A DNA stretch of 64,000 nucleotides, from positions 816,801 to 880,800 of the forward strand of contig MU004184.1 of NCBI GenBank assembly GCA_010093605.1, written 5' to 3'. The notes under the pieces are model-generated. The model made no database searches and had not been told where the DNA came from. It saw only the letters and a list, made by a program, of their open reading frames with translations. This stretch comes from Lophium mytilinum. Lineage: Eukaryota. Below, piece after piece: positions 46,873-61,251 of this stretch; the stretch's first letter is position 1, and every line of letters begins with the position of its first letter. A program made the position numbers and the translations under genes.

Positions 46873-49850
46873 GGCTGATAGATAGCCAGACTAGGATGTA
46901 AATTTCAAATGAACGGTTGAGAGAAAAGAATGAAAGTGATCCTATCAAAGAAGCGAACGAAAGAAGAATCTTGACCGCAAAGAATATGAGATGAGTTGAT
47001 ATACAAACTTCTCTCTAGCGCTCCTCTCGCCTACTCTTATACAACACATCCTCATCCCCAATCTGGCTGAAGCCAAACTCGATACACCTTGGCTACGAAG
47101 TGAAGCGCAAAAATCGATTTCTGACACTCCTCCAAACCCGCGATTATTCGATCGTATTCCCTATTAGGGAAGAGGGAGAAACACGGCGGTACGGTTTCAG
47201 AGAAGAGATTACAGCCGCGCTAGACCGAAAACGTAGTGCTGGATGATGGAATCACGGGGTTTTGGCGCTGAAACGGGATGTGTGTCGAATTTCAGGAGGG
47301 CGCGCAGAGACCTGAGGCATCAAACCGTGCAAGACCTCAAATTGTCTTGCTACAAGACTAGCTAGGTACGCTTGTCTGGCGCTTCTTGAGGTTTCCTCGT
47401 AGGCTGTAAAAGATCTAGATGGGTTGTAAAGTCAACGAGAGAAGACGTAGCTGGTAAGTGAAGCATTTTGTTCCTTGGACTGATTGGCAGCAATGGTAGA
47501 GCTCTACCCCTGACTGCGACGTTCAGCATCTAAGAGAAGGTTATTTGCCGGCAGAGAACAGTTCGGGAGCCCGAACATAGGACAAGCACTGTGGCACTGC
47601 AAGTAGTTCGCACACGCTATACTCTAGGATACATATGAAAGTAACCGTCATTTGACGACCGGACCGATCTACCGTACCCCAGCATGACCCCGATCCTCGG
47701 TCCCTCGAAAATTACTTCCTTCGGTTTGCAACTCTTACTATTTTGTCAAATGTAGAGATTACTCGGTCTCATTATACTCTCCTCCGATCCTTGCAAACTT
47801 CCAACCTAGACGAGCTCCAACGAGTCGAACGAGGAAAGATAGATGCTTGCCTTTGCTGCAAAAAAAGTTCAAAGTGCGGGGACGCAATATGGAAATGACG
47901 GCTAATGAGATCCCTTGATATGAAATGTTCTAAACGCCGGTTAGAGGGAAACACTGCATAAGATGTGGCTACAAGTCTTACTCTAGAGACGAGCTCCCTA
48001 CCTTCAGCAAGCTTTCATACCAGCTCTCCAAAATGCTATCCTCACTCCTCATCTCCACATGCCTTTCCTAGCCAGTGTAGCAGCAAACCCAGAACAGATT
48101 CGCTCCGTGCAAGATCCCAAATTCCACTTCTACCTTCAAGCCCTCCCCAGCGATAGTACGGCGTATTACAAGAAAGAAGAAGCAGAGAAGACGAGCTCAA
48201 GGATCAAGTAAAACCAATGCAAGCAATCTTTACATGGCTCTAGGCTGGGTCGTGCAAATTATATCTTTAAAGCACACTACATTGCTGCTGGAGAAGTTAG
48301 CAATATCAAAAGCTCGAATAATGACGACCATCTAACCTTAATAACGCCTATCACCTCCAAGTCTAGAAATGCACACCCATCCATCTACAAAAATGATAAT
48401 CAGCGAAACGCAAGATCGACCACGGCCATCCTTACCCGAAGAAACCACTCATTATCTTTCCCATAAACGCGGTCGTCTGCCTCCCAAACCTCACCACCAT
48501 CATATGTCATCCATCACGAAGCGGATCCCAACCCACCCAGCACTCCTCCATGAAGTCCCATGGCCAGCATGATGATTTTGATCCCAAACCCCCTCCCACC
48601 TTCCGATGAAGAATCCAACATCACACAACCCCCAACCCCTTTTATACACCCCTCAAAAACCCCCATCACATGCTCACAGCGTGACTAACCCAAAATCACC
48701 TGATCTGGCCTCAACTCCTCACCTCCTCATCTCCCCACCCCTCGCAACACCCACCACTTTCCGCCCGCACGTCCCCACGCTGACTTACCCGAGCACCGCA
48801 CGTCGCAATCCGCATCTACAGATCAGCGTCAAAGCCCGTCATCGCACGTGGCGCGCCAGGGGCAAGCAGAACAACATGCCACCCCCCTACGCGCGGCTTA
48901 GAGACAAATCCCCAAAGGCAAGGACATCTAAGAAAGTCAGGACATAAGGAGTTTCACAATTAGTACGACTTTCCCGTAATGTACGTACGGAGATTGAAAG
49001 AGTTCGAATATTAGTAAGGGTATCGAACAGACAGGAGCAATCGCACAAGCAAACAAGACGACGTCGGTTTTCAAACCCCAAAAAAGCGCCCGAGCAGAAA
49101 GCTCAATACTCAATTCATGGAGACTCGCACGACTCTGTTCTCTGTGATTTCCATTCCAGTGTAATCGACCTTCCTTCAAACGCCACGCCCATAAGCAAGC
49201 CCCACTCTCCTCACATCGGAGGTTTCAGGTATCGAACGGACAAGAAGGAAGAAAAGAAAAACAAGGTATTTACAGTAAAGAAAAGTGGAGCACCATGACA
49301 GAGTCTCGGGCAGCAGCATTAAACAAAGAAAAGGGGGCCCGCGTGTGTCTCCGGTGCTTGGTATCTGAGACAGCGGGCTGGAAAGGGTGTATAAAACAGA
49401 ATTGACTGAGGCCGTTAAATGTATTTGTGGGGTATGTGCTTTGCAGAATTACGTTATTGGGAAGCGTAACCAGCAGGGTTTGGGTGTTCGGTATGCGGAT
49501 CCAGCGAAGAGCCTAACCCTGGGGGGTGTTTGGCGAAGAAGGTCGTGTGGATGGGTGAGAAGATAGGTTGAGAAGGGTATTCGTTATGCCTGTTTTTGAT
49601 ATACGGAGGAGGTCTCTCGTTGGCGTATTTGGATTGCCGAAAAGGGCGGCTCCGCTATAGAAAAGGTATGATGAGAATGCGAATCAAAAATACTGAGTAC
49701 CACCATAGTGGAGGAAGACGCCATCCGTAGACTTTGCTCTCATTCCAAGCAGCAGACTGAGAAGGTATGCACGAGAAGCTGCGAGTTTGTTAGCGATGAC
49801 GTGATAGAGTGGTCGCGGGTGTACCTACCACAAGAATAAACAGTATCCAT

Positions 49851-50444
49851 CTAGTTTTGATCACTGGGTATCTTCTTGTTTGACCCATTGCCAGACCAGA
49901 CACCTCCACCCACAGCCCTCGAGATACCAACACCTAGTCCCACAGCAGCAGCAATGATGAACAGGGCGATGAAGATCTTGGCCCAGAGCTTTTGCTTCTT
50001 GTCCAGCGTCCGCAGGGGATTGCAGCCGCGCTCCTGCTTCCGGGCCTTGGCCTTCTCCATCAGTGTTTGCTTCGACGGCCACATTGTGCACTCCTTGACC
50101 CTGCCATCGACTGAGACCTTGGGAGCTCCAACGGTGCTGGTGGCGGAGATTGGGACGCCCGACTCTAGGTCGTGCTGATATACGTTGAGGTGGCCCTTGG
50201 TAGTGGAGGTGGTGTCGTCCATGGAGCGACGTGCGTCTGGGTGCTTGTAGAAGGCAGAGAAGGGGTTGGATGGGTCGGGGTCGTCGTGGGGAGTGCCCGT
50301 CTTGGAGGCTGAAGTCGATTCGATTGAGGACATGTTACTCTCGTGCGAGTTGGCGTTGCGGAGCTGCTGAGCGGGTGTCTTGAGCGTGGGGGGGAAATCA
50401 GTGTCGACGACTGAAGCGCCAAAGGTTGTCTTCTCGTTCGTCAT
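49851..50444 (-). CDS. Hypothetical protein with a single C-terminal transmembrane helix
   Basis: ATG at 50444. NPFSAFYKHP, ECTMWPSK, LDKKQKLWAKIFIALFIIAAAVGLGVGISRAVGGGVW. Confidence 0.75.
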   Translation of the reverse strand: MTNEKTTFGASVVDTDFPPTLKTPAQQLRNANSHESNMSSIESTSASKTGTPHDDPDPSNPFSAFYKHPDARRSMDDTTSTTKGHLNVYQHDLESGVPISATSTVGAPKVSVDGRVKECTMWPSKQTLMEKAKARKQERGCNPLRTLDKKQKLWAKIFIALFIIAAAVGLGVGISRAVGGGVWSGNGSNKKIPSDQN

Positions 50445-52036
50445 TTTGGCGGTGCAGAGGTTCGACAAGATCGACCGGGCTAAGGAGACACGGAGGGGAT
50501 TCGGTTGGGGTTATCGCAGATCGGTGCAGCGAGGTTGGGGATAGGGAGACTGCAGGCGTGGTGAATTTGCAGTGGATGTTGAGTAGCTGGGAATGAGATG
50601 GATGAGAGCAGCGGGTAGCAATTGAAGTGTCTCGCGGTGGGCAGACAAGTCAGACTGTCATTCCCAACATGCAGGTCGAAGTGGTGAGGCTGGGTCTCAG
50701 GTGGAGATTGTGGTGCAGGGAGCTGGGGCAGTCGTGACGGGCACGGTTGAGCAGCACGTGGAGCAGGTGGTCGCAGCGTGGGAATTGGTGAAGAAGGAGC
50801 GAGTGGTCAATTGCGTGGCCAGCGTGGAAAACAAGAAGGAGCGGGGTGAGGAGAGGAGGCAGGAGTCGGTGCAGCAATATGGACTCTGGATCATGGCAAT
50901 CAAGCTTAAGATGGGGTGCTATGGGGTGGTGGTCTGGTCTCGGCGTGGCTTCATTCACGCCCAGGCCAGCTAGGATGACGCTTGTCGTAGCATTCTGGCG
51001 GGCCGCCGGTCAGTTTCCACCAGATCAGCCACCGTACGAGTCGCCATTGGAGCCCCATCAGCCTGTCAACTATCTCGCGTCCAGTGAGCCATCTCGACGC
51101 CCAATGCTGCGTGGACAGAGAGATGCGGGAATGGGGACGAACAGCACGCGCTCAGAATGGCTGGATGGTGGATGGTGTTGACGAGCGGCCGCTTGCACAT
51201 CGCCCCACTCGGTACGCGGTGCCTTGCATTAGAGCCTATCGAGAGCCTGTTAGGGGCCAACTCTACTGCTGGCCTGCGAGTCGTACCAAGCCCAAAAAGG
51301 GGCTCCACACTGGCTCCGGGTGCACTGACTTGGCAGATCTCTCCCCTGCCGCTCCAGAAGCTGCAAACACCAGCCGCTTTGGGGCGACAGCCTGCATTAA
51401 TCCAATATTCACGGCCCTATTTATACTTTCGCCCTTTGCCACCACCGCCTCCTGCATCACCACCATGCATGCTGGCTATCGCTGGAAGATTGCCCCTTAT
51501 CGCCTCAACAATGCCTTCGAGCAGCCACGTAACCAGGGTTTGGTGTTTTGGTTAGCTGCATGGCTATCTACACGAAGCTCCGATAACACAGCATTGCTGC
51601 GTTTCATCGCTGCGAACTACGCTGCGGTATTGCTCCAATTGCGAATGACGCCATTCGCCAATATACTTTACAAGACAGTTGTTTGACAAACATTTGAGCT
51701 TCCATTGATCAGTATTGCTTGGTCCTCTGCTAATTAATTATGCTGCCTTACTGTCTACATGCAGCTACTTTTAACCATCCCGCGCCAGAAGCCTGAAACA
51801 CAACGCTATTGACTGCTATCATTCAGTTGTGTATACCCACTGTTGAGTGGTGAGCAGACATCCCAGTCCGAGCGGTGATGCAGATGTCCAGGCACTATAA
51901 TATGTACTCCCCAACCCAGATAACGCCCGCAAATGCCACACGTGCTGTGCTGTGTACCGGCGCTGAAGACGCAGTGCCATGCTCGCTCAAACCACCAGAA
52001 AGCCCGCTGTCCCTATGCGCCTCCAACCATCTTCCC

Positions 52037-55000
52037 TTAGTACTCCACGAAGAAGTCCTCGCGCCGAATCGAGCTGCGATCGCACATGCCCCGGAAGATG
52101 CCGCCCATGTCGTACAGATTCAACGGCGTGTCCAGCTCCGCAATGCGGCCGGCGTCCATAACACAAATGCGGTCGTAGCCGATGATGGTCTTCAGCCGAT
52201 GGGCTATGCACAGCAGCGTCTTGCCCTTGAACCCGTCGACAATCGTGCGCTGGATCTTCTGGTCCGTCTCGAAGTCGACCGAGCTGGTCGCCTCGTCGCA
52301 CACGATAATCTGCGACCCGCGCACCAGGGCCCGCGCCAGCGCCATGAGCTGCCGCTGCCCGAGCGAGAAGTTCAGCCCCTCCTCCTCCACCGTGCTGTCG
52401 AGGTGGATGCGGCCCGTCTTGTCGTCCATGGTCGTCTCCGCGCCCACCAGGTCGGCCTGTCGTAGTGCGGACCACAGCTCGAGATCGGTGTGCTCGTCGA
52501 ACGGGTCAAGATTCGACCGAATCGTGCCGCGGAACAGTGTGGGATCTTGTGGGATGATGGCTAGCTTGGACCGCAGGTCGTGCAGCCCGATGGTGCTGAT
52601 GTCGACGCCGTCGATCGTGATGGAGCCACCGGACAGCTCTACCAGCCGGAATAGCGTGCTCATGATGCTGGACTTGCCAGCACCTGTTCGTCCGACCACG
52701 CCGATGCGCTCGCCACCCTGGACGTGCATGTTGAGTCCCTGGAGCACCAGAGGTAGACCCTCGCGGTACCGCATCTGCACGTCTTCGAAGACAATTTCGC
52801 CCGTGTCTGGCCACGACTTGGGCACCTCGCCGATGTGTAATGGAGCCTCTTCTTCTAGTTCAGTGCCGTAATGGTAGATACGTTCCGTAGCATTCATATT
52901 GTTCTCGACTTCGGCGAGCTGTCGCACTGTGAATTGGATCATCTGGACAATTGACAAGATATACGACAGTACCAAACCGCCAATACTCGGGGAGACCGAG
53001 AATCGGGACGTGACGACTAGGATGCCAACGACGAACACAAGCATGTTCCCGATTGCGTCTAGCCGAACGCTGAGCCATCTTTGATTGGCGAACGTCAAAT
53101 AGTAGGCGCTGTCCATGTTGTCGATGGCATCGCGGATTGTCCTTTGGAATTGATCCTGTAAGCCGTATGCACGGATCGTCGAGGTGCCGAAAACGGCTTC
53201 GCTGAATCGTGCAAACACAGTACTTCGAAGAACGGCCTCGTGTCGCTTAACCTCTCTCGCTGACGAACGGTAATACGCCGCCGAGAAGAGGAACATGATC
53301 ATCAGCGGCCCCAAGGCGATAGCGAAGTAGTGGAAATAAACGATGATCAAGATGAAGACGGATATGATCATGGCCATGGTCATGAAGTACATGCGGATGG
53401 AGTCAGTAAGGTTGTTGTCCATAACGTCGATGTCCTTCGAAAAGCGGTTGGTGATTCGTCCTAGTGGCGTGGTGTCGAAAAAGGACATAGGTGCCCGGAG
53501 CACGCGGTTGATGGCAAGGTGAAGCATGACCTTTCCGGCCTTGGTACCGAAGACCGAGACCGCGACGGAGAACACGAACATGAGGAAAGCTTGAACGAAA
53601 CCAAGAGCTGCGTAGACACCAATCTGCCAGAATTAGTACTTTGATAGCATGGTCCCAAGATTGCATGGAACTTACATATACACCTTCGGTGAACCCAAAC
53701 TTGTTAGAGGTCCACCAAGAAAGCCACAAGCTCGTTACGATATTCGCGCCTTGCGACGCGATCAGAAGTACGACCACGTAGGGCGCCACCCACATGCCTC
53801 CTGCAGCTCTGATATACGCAGCCCAGACACCCCATGATACGCTCTTCACAGCCCGCTCTTCTTGTTGCATCAGCACGGCAGCTGGCTTCTTGTTCCGCCT
53901 CTTCTTGCTGATCTTCTTCTCTTCCTCCACTTCATCGTCGTTCACCTCATCTTCTTCCTTGTGTTCCTCTTCGACAGCAGTAGTTGCCATAAGCTTCATA
54001 AAAGTTTCGTTGTGAGCCATGAGGTTATCGAATGTATCGACCGCCTCAATATGGCCTTCATTTAGCAGAATAACCCTGTCGCATCGATTGAGGACGTGCA
54101 GTTGATGCGTTGCAAGTATACGGCACTTGTCCTTGAGAAGTCCACAAATGGCGTTGTCCATGATGTGACGACCGACATGGGCGTCGACCGCGGAGAGCGG
54201 GTCATCCATCAAAATGATATCGGCGTCGAAGTAGATGGCGCGAGCGATGTTCAGCCGTTGCTTTTGACCTCCGGAAACTGTGATCCCTCGCTCGCCGATT
54301 TCCGTTCGGTCGCCAGCTGGCAACATCTCGAGATCTGGGCGCAAAGCACAAGCATCGATGACTTGGTTATACCAGCCATGCTTGAACTCCTTTCCGAAAA
54401 GAATGTTCTCCTTGACCGTCGTGTTCTGGATCCATGCGTATTGAGGACAGAAGGCACGCGACGCACCCAAGATGACTTCGCCGCTCGTTCTCCGCATATC
54501 TCCGGCCAAAGCGCCCAATAAGGAGCTCTTTCCAGACCCAACAGTACCAATCACGGCAATGAGTTCATTGCGTTGGATGGCAAGATCGATATCTCGGAGT
54601 TTAAATGGCTCTTCGACCGCCGCTGTGCTTGAGCTGTCCCTCGCCTCACCCATGTCCTTCGCCTTTTCTACTTCTTGCGACTTCCTAGCCTTCTTCGCCT
54701 TGGCCGCCTCCTTGGCTTTCTTGTGAGCTTGCGGGCTGTGGGACTGCTCGTCCTCTGCGTCTTGGGTTGGTGTTCGTTCCCAGGTAAAATCGGCATGCTT
54801 CACTACGACAGCCTCCTTGTGGTTGTAGTCCCATTCAGCATCGTCGTGGGCTTCCTCGGCCATCAAGAATTCTTGGATGCGATTAATCGAAGAGTACGCA
54901 TCAGTGACTTGGCCGATAACCACGGGGAGGAAGTTAAGGGGAAGTCGAAGGGAATTAAACAGCGCCAAGGAAGAGAAAATGGGAGCTGGGTTGAGGACGT

Positions 55001-56555
55001 GGTTTGAGAGCGAATATGTGATGAATGACAGCATGGAAGCGAAGACTGGCATGGACATTCCCACTGCGAGAATCCCGTTGCGAATGGAGAGTAGAATCTG
55101 GACAGCGTGGATTTCGTTGTTCCTGATTGCATCGACTCGGGCCAGGAAGCTGGTTTCCCATCCAAAGTACTTTACGAAGCGGACTGCTTGCAAAATCTCC
55201 TGGGTCAAACTAACTCTCTGATCCGTCATTTTGTTTATGCCAACTCTCCGCCTGAACAGAGTTTTGACGGCTATTCCAAGTAGGGGCATGGTAATCATCA
55301 GCAGGCCAAACCCAGCCAGTGCGCTGTATGTCAGATTGATGCACAGGAGGGCCAGAGTGAGCAGGATGCAGATGGGAGAGGTCCAGACCATGTGGAACAT
55401 GCCGGAAGCCTGGTCGACTCGGTAGGTATCCGTAGACATCAAGTTAATGATCCGTCCATTACCCCAACCATGGCCGTCTCCTAATATTCCATTTTCGCCC
55501 GGTGCTGTTTTCGCCTCTTTCTCCTTCTTCTTGAGCATCCGCTGGTACCATTTCTTTTCCTCGGGTGATCCAGGTTTGATGTCTGCGGGTGGCGCCTCGG
55601 GAGCATCGAGTGGCTTTCCTCCCGCTTTCGCCCTGCCAGATAGTCGCATTGCCTTATCGAATATGACCGCGATGAGCACAGCACGTGCTTGACCTCCAAC
55701 CATCATGCCTCTGTACATGAAATGGTTCGTCGCCATACTTTGTAGCATCTGCATGAGTGTGATTCCAATGACCAGTCCGATTCCTTTTCCAAGGCTGGGG
55801 GGCGGCCGGTCATAGGCTTTCGCGATATAGGCTTCCACGGAGAAGTTGATCAGGTATCGAAGAACAAAGGGTGCAAGCGACTGCAGCATGCTCGATGTGA
55901 GCTGGCAGCAGCCACCGAATATGAATTCCCATTTGAAAGTGTCGTATAGGGCCTTGGTCAAGGGTTTTGGGTCGCCGCTCGCTACGCGCTTTTTGAAGGC
56001 AGCGTCTAGTTTTTTGCCCAATACATCGGCGCTTCGGTTGGGGTTGACAAGCCATATGTCGTTGACTTCGAGGGGGCGCTGATATCCGATCTACAAACTT
56101 CAAAGTTAGCGACTTGTAAAAGTAAACCAGGAACGAATCTAGCCACTAACCGTCATTAGGGGCGCCATCCATTGGAAAGTCATCAGACTGAGAAAGCCCG
56201 CGTAGTACTCCCGCGACACCTGCCGTGTCTCCGGGACTGCTGGTTTTTTGCCCCATTTCAGCACATTCAACCGCTTATACCACTTCTTCTGCTTCGCGCT
56301 CGCCTGGCTCTTCGCCTCCAGCACATCGTCGGTGTAGTCGGTGGTTCCGCTCGTAGAACTATCCAGGCGGGAAAGCTGTCGACGATTGTTCAAAGGGCGC
56401 TTCACTCCACTGTCCAAATCCTTTTCAAAGTCCTTGTCTGAAACGACCTCCTCCAATGGCGACGTCGCCACGGGCTGGGAATGCTCTGTACTTTCGGCGG
56501 CGACCTCCTGATCGTTCAGGTGCCACTCCTTCTCGTTCCCAGACGGGGCGGCCAT
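52037..56555 (-). CDS. YOR1: ABC-C (MRP-type) multidrug transporter, Yor1-like
   Basis: Introns at 56150-56091 and 53675-53624. TMD1-NBD1-TMD2-NBD2: GTVGSGKSS, VSGGQKQR, ILMDDPLSAVDAHVG; GRTGAGKSS, FSLGQRQ, VCDEATSSVD, IAHRL. Confidence 0.9.
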
Positions 56556-58529
56556 CCTCTCTGGTGTTGAACTGGAGTTTGGCGACGGGCGACGGGAGGG
56601 TGAAAACGCATGACGCTGTCTGGGGCGGCTCAATATATGTAGGCTTCCGAGTGGTGAGGTAGGTGACTAGTCTGTGAATAAAATCCGCCTCTAATGCCGA
56701 GGGCCTTGGGCCCTAGACTTGTCGACACGAGCGGGCAACGCGAGCTAGTGGCCAATCAGTGGCGGCTCAATGCGACGCTGCTCGCGTTTGTCATTTTCTT
56801 TTGCCCAAAGAAAATGTCGGGGTTTAATCAAGCCCCGGTGCCGAGCATTGGCAGGCTTATTTGATAGTAGTAGGACGTGCGAAGGGCGGCCACCATGCCG
56901 GTGAGCTTTGTGGATGTTGCGGGCGACTCGAGCACTTCGGGCAACCGCTTCGTGCAACCCTTCCAGTTGTTGGAGTCACCAAAACCTCGTTCCCCCGGCT
57001 TCAAGCAGCATCGGGTTCTGCTTTCCCGTCCTGAGTCTCGACCCGAAGCTGTGGAGGAAGTGGCTTTTTCGTCGGCTGCGTGCCGCTTTGCCGCGTGCGG
57101 GACGCCAACCTTGCATCCAGCACCCTCCAAAACTTTGCCCAATCCACACACTGCACACAAATTGTCCTCATCACAGCCAATATCTCCTAGACTCGCCTAC
57201 GCTGTCTCAAATTTTGAGCTCTGCCCAATGCTGTGCCGTGGGGAAGGTGGACAGTGATTCACGCGAGCTTTGTCATACGAATTTAGTTAGCAAGCATTCT
57301 TCGTCCGGATTGGTCCTGTCCCACCTACCTCCGACTCCGAGCCCGCGTTCGCCGACCCATCCCCCTCATCCTCCTCGAGTTCACGTTCGTTGCCTTGAGA
57401 ATCCTTGTCGGGACGGCGTCCTCACCGCTTCAACTGCTTTGAGTGTGCAAATAAGGCAATCCATGTCCTTCGTAAAAGTGGCTCGCAGTCTCGGGTAGCG
57501 GGGACTTGCACCATGGAGATCCATCTAGGCACTCTCCCCGCGTCGTCATCGAACGAGCAGACGCCTGCAACCATCCGCAGGATTCACAGTTCAATGATTG
57601 GCATTCGAGATCTCAAACCCGACAGGACCCGAGTAAGCAGGCAGAAAGATGGGGCGCCTCAATCGAGTAGGTGGGGTAGACGAAAAATGAATACGGCCGT
57701 ATGCCAGCATGTCGAAGTTGTCGCGAGGGCACAGCACATATACATATACGATTGCGAAGAAAGGTCTGGGCGCCTGATATCAGCATTTTGATGAGGATTT
57801 GCGACATCGCTACGTGGCTGTTGTGTTTGTCAGCCCTGAATTGCTAAAGTTCTAGTAGTGTTGCTATCATTGGACTCGATCCTTGTAGAGTTGATTGGTT
57901 GCCGGTTGGCTATTCGTCTTGTTCGACGGCTATATGGAATGCCTGAACTCTCGAAACACGCACAGACGCATTTGATTCGTCAGTGTGGTTATTGAGATCT
58001 GTCACAGAGACGCCTGAAACCTTAAAACGATTAAATTTAGAGGTTAAGAATGATTATATTTAATGTTTAGTCGATAGAAATATCGTAGGGCTTCGTGGCA
58101 CGTTAGAGAGAATCAAATGTCGCAAATATAGGCGCAGTATGGCGATGTCCTGGGTAAGTGTTGCCTGGGCAATAGTTTCTATGTCTTCCTTCCGTGAAAC
58201 TGTCCTCTGGATGAGAGAGCCCCACTCGCTATCATTGCTGCCTCCAAAATACAAAATGTACCAGGAACGAAGACGGTGATAGCCGAGGAAAGATACACCC
58301 GTCTAGTACAGCATAGTACAACAAAGCTCCGATCTACACAGAAAACGAGGTGAAGACTAACAGGTAAATACCCGAACATCCAAAGTCCAAACGAGAACGA
58401 CCAAAAATCAACGCTGGAATTCATCGCTCCGCATCCAGTAACTCGTAAAGCATAGTCGTAAAGACGTAAGTTCATGGACGGGCCTTAAGCAGTAAACGCC
58501 GTGGTGCGCACTCCCCTGAAGGCCGTGTA

Positions 58530-60666
58530 TCATGTGCGAAGCAGAAGAAGCTTCGCGAGCAGTCGATCAAAGAAGCAGTTCATATCGGTGACGTCCTCCA
58601 GGCTGACGTCCTCCCTTTCTCGCAAGTAACCACCCGAGTTGCTATTCCGTATAGCAGCTCTCATGGAATTCACAAATCGATCCTCGGACTTCGTTTCGCG
58701 AGTCGGTTGGAAGCTGGACCCTTCGCCTTCCCAGTTTTCCCGAAGACGGGAGTGGCACCCGCCATAGCACGCCTTGTAGAAATTAAGGAGAGCTTCTACG
58801 CCTTGCTCGTCCATCTCCTGGCATTTCGTTCGTTCTTTCAGTGGCGCCGGGTTGGTGTCGTAGCGGGAGTGGTACGGCATCTTGGCAGCGTGGTACTGGA
58901 CACTCTCAACTGACATCAAGAGTACCACCAAGGTCGCAAGTACAACGGGCCATTCGGTACATTTGCGGGACAATGCTAGACGTTCCAGCTGGGAAAGAAC
59001 ATCACGCATCAGTTCTTGGGCCAAAATAGGCATGACGGCCCCGAGTTGCGCACGAATGAAACATGGAGTGGGTGTCGTGTCGGCTGGGAGGTTGGCGCAG
59101 GCAATGATAGATGCCACAGTAGGATCTGACGCCGCGACGGTAGTATCGCCCCCAATATGGACCAGTACTAACAATTTCAAGGCTTGGTGGAGAATTCGGC
59201 CGGAGGAAGAAGGAAGGGATCGATAAAGGATGTAAACATCCCGAAGCACCCGCAGAGGCGAGCAGTAAAGAGGAAATGCTTTGAAGTGCGACGTAACCAG
59301 AAGAGATAGGTGTTGGTCCAAGTTTTGCGAAAGCGTAGAAGTATCTGAAAGAACGGCAGGAAAGACAGCATTGTGACACAGCCTGCCGGAGGTGCTGCGA
59401 GGAGGCCAATCGTACACTATATGTTCGTGCACCAGGCGGCTCATGTCGCTAGGATGTACTATCTGTACGGGGCGCTGGAGGGAGGGACCGAAGCCAAGGT
59501 TTATCGGGATCGTGAGCGTGTAGTCGCTCACGGTAAAGTCTGAAGGAAAGAGAAAGAACTCAGGGGTCCGGGCAGTTGGATGCCATCCCAAGCGCTCTAG
59601 TTTCGACGTTAGCCAGATGGTCTTGTAGCCTTTAGATAAAGACTGATACATACCCGATAGAAATACTGTTGACAAGTCCGCCAATGACCGTTCTCGACAG
59701 GGGTGATTCACAAGATTCCCTCTGTAGTGCTCGATGCATGCTTTGCAGGGAATTCCGGGATCACACTAATCCACATTAGTTTTCAATGTGAAGTATACGT
59801 CAGGCTTATAGACTCACCCTTTCCTTGCGGCGTCTACAGTTACTGCAAGCTTTCACTGCAAGGCCGTTAGCGGAAGCGTTATCGGGAGAACGTAGAAGAC
59901 ATTTACCGACGCGCATTAGGGCAGCGCTTTTTCGCTGGTCTGGGTTCAACCCCTTGGTTCGACCGCGCTGCCTCCTGCTACCATTTGACCCACTTCCGAA
60001 AGGAACGAGGCGATTGTTGCTATTATTGACTTGATACTGAACCCACCCAAAGGAAGGCGTAGATGGAGAGTTGATGCTGCTAGCTCTGCTTCGCGGACCC
60101 TTGTGAGGTATTCTGATGGCGCGCTCGTTATTTGCCTCTGGGAGCGGTTCAACAATTCGTGGCCGATCAGAGACGGGAGACGAGAATACAAAGCTGCTGG
60201 CAGTCGATCGAGGATTAGAACGGGGAATCGGAATAGCACGAGCATGCTCAAGTTCTTGCTCATTCGACTGGTCGGCCCACCCGCCGAGATTCTCTAGAGC
60301 TTGAGGCTGGAAGGCAAGAGGGTTGGAGGGGTCGAATGAGCCGGATTGAACTCTGTCGTTTCGAAAGTCCAGTGGGGAGGAGAGGGGAAAAACAGGGCCA
60401 GATGTGATGGAGCTGGAGAATGACAAAGGACTCAATGGATACTCGTAGAAAGATCCATCTCCTACAGAGGGCGGCGCGGAGGGATAGTCGGAGGCGACAC
60501 TCTCAGGAACATGTAGGTCGTTCCAGGAGCTAGCGAAGCTGACATCGCCTTGGAAGAAAGGGTCATAAAGGTCGCCGTCCCACGCAACCAGATCCTCCCA
60601 ACCCTCCTTCCTACCTGCGGGCTTGCCGCAATTGATATCAAAAGGGTTCACATGATCGGCGGCCAT
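58530..60666 (-). CDS. Zn(II)2Cys6 transcription factor
   Basis: Spliced motif AALMRVVKACSNCRRRKER|CDPGIPCKACIEHY across two introns near 59770-59905, followed by a ~390-aa C-terminal region (LHQALKLLVLVHIGGD, TPCFIRAQLG, FFDRLLAKLL). Confidence 0.85.
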
Positions 60667-61251
60667 GCAGGAACCGTCCAGCTGGGGCGATGCAAATGAC
60701 GACGACGTGATGAGAGGTGTGTTGCTTGCGGCGCTTGATGAATTGGTGCTCTTGGACGAGAAATGGTATATTATAGAGAAGTAAACGATACACTAAGAGG
60801 AAATGCTACAGAGAAGGCCGTCGACAGAGTCACCAGATAATTAAGGAAAGGCTGCCACCTATTTGATTCTTTGCGGAGCCCCGAGGCTGAAGTAGGGCTG
60901 CATAAGAATTGCCGGCGACAAGAGTGAAGGAAGCTTTGGCGGTGGAGTTGGAACGGCTCAAGGCAGCAGGCAGGTGAGATCACAGGGCGTCGGACGCGGC
61001 CGACCATCAAATAGCACTCTTCGGGCTTATCACGTCTCGCTGCATTGACAAGAAGATACATCAACGCGCATTGCGGGCAACGAGTCGCGAGGCCATCCCC
61101 GGCCCCAGTACCACGTCGCCATGTCATCTGCCAGTTCCGGTGAGCCCAAGGGAGCGGTAGTACGCCGTCGCCCCAGACGCCCGGGAGAGTCTCCGCAGAG
61201 CCGTTGACCGGCTGTGATGCATAGAATTGTGTAAATAGCTCGCGCCCGCCT

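Noticed and set aside
50650..51686. Several short overlapping ORFs upstream of the 50444 gene
   Set aside because: Low-complexity 5' UTR or promoter sequence with no coding signatures.
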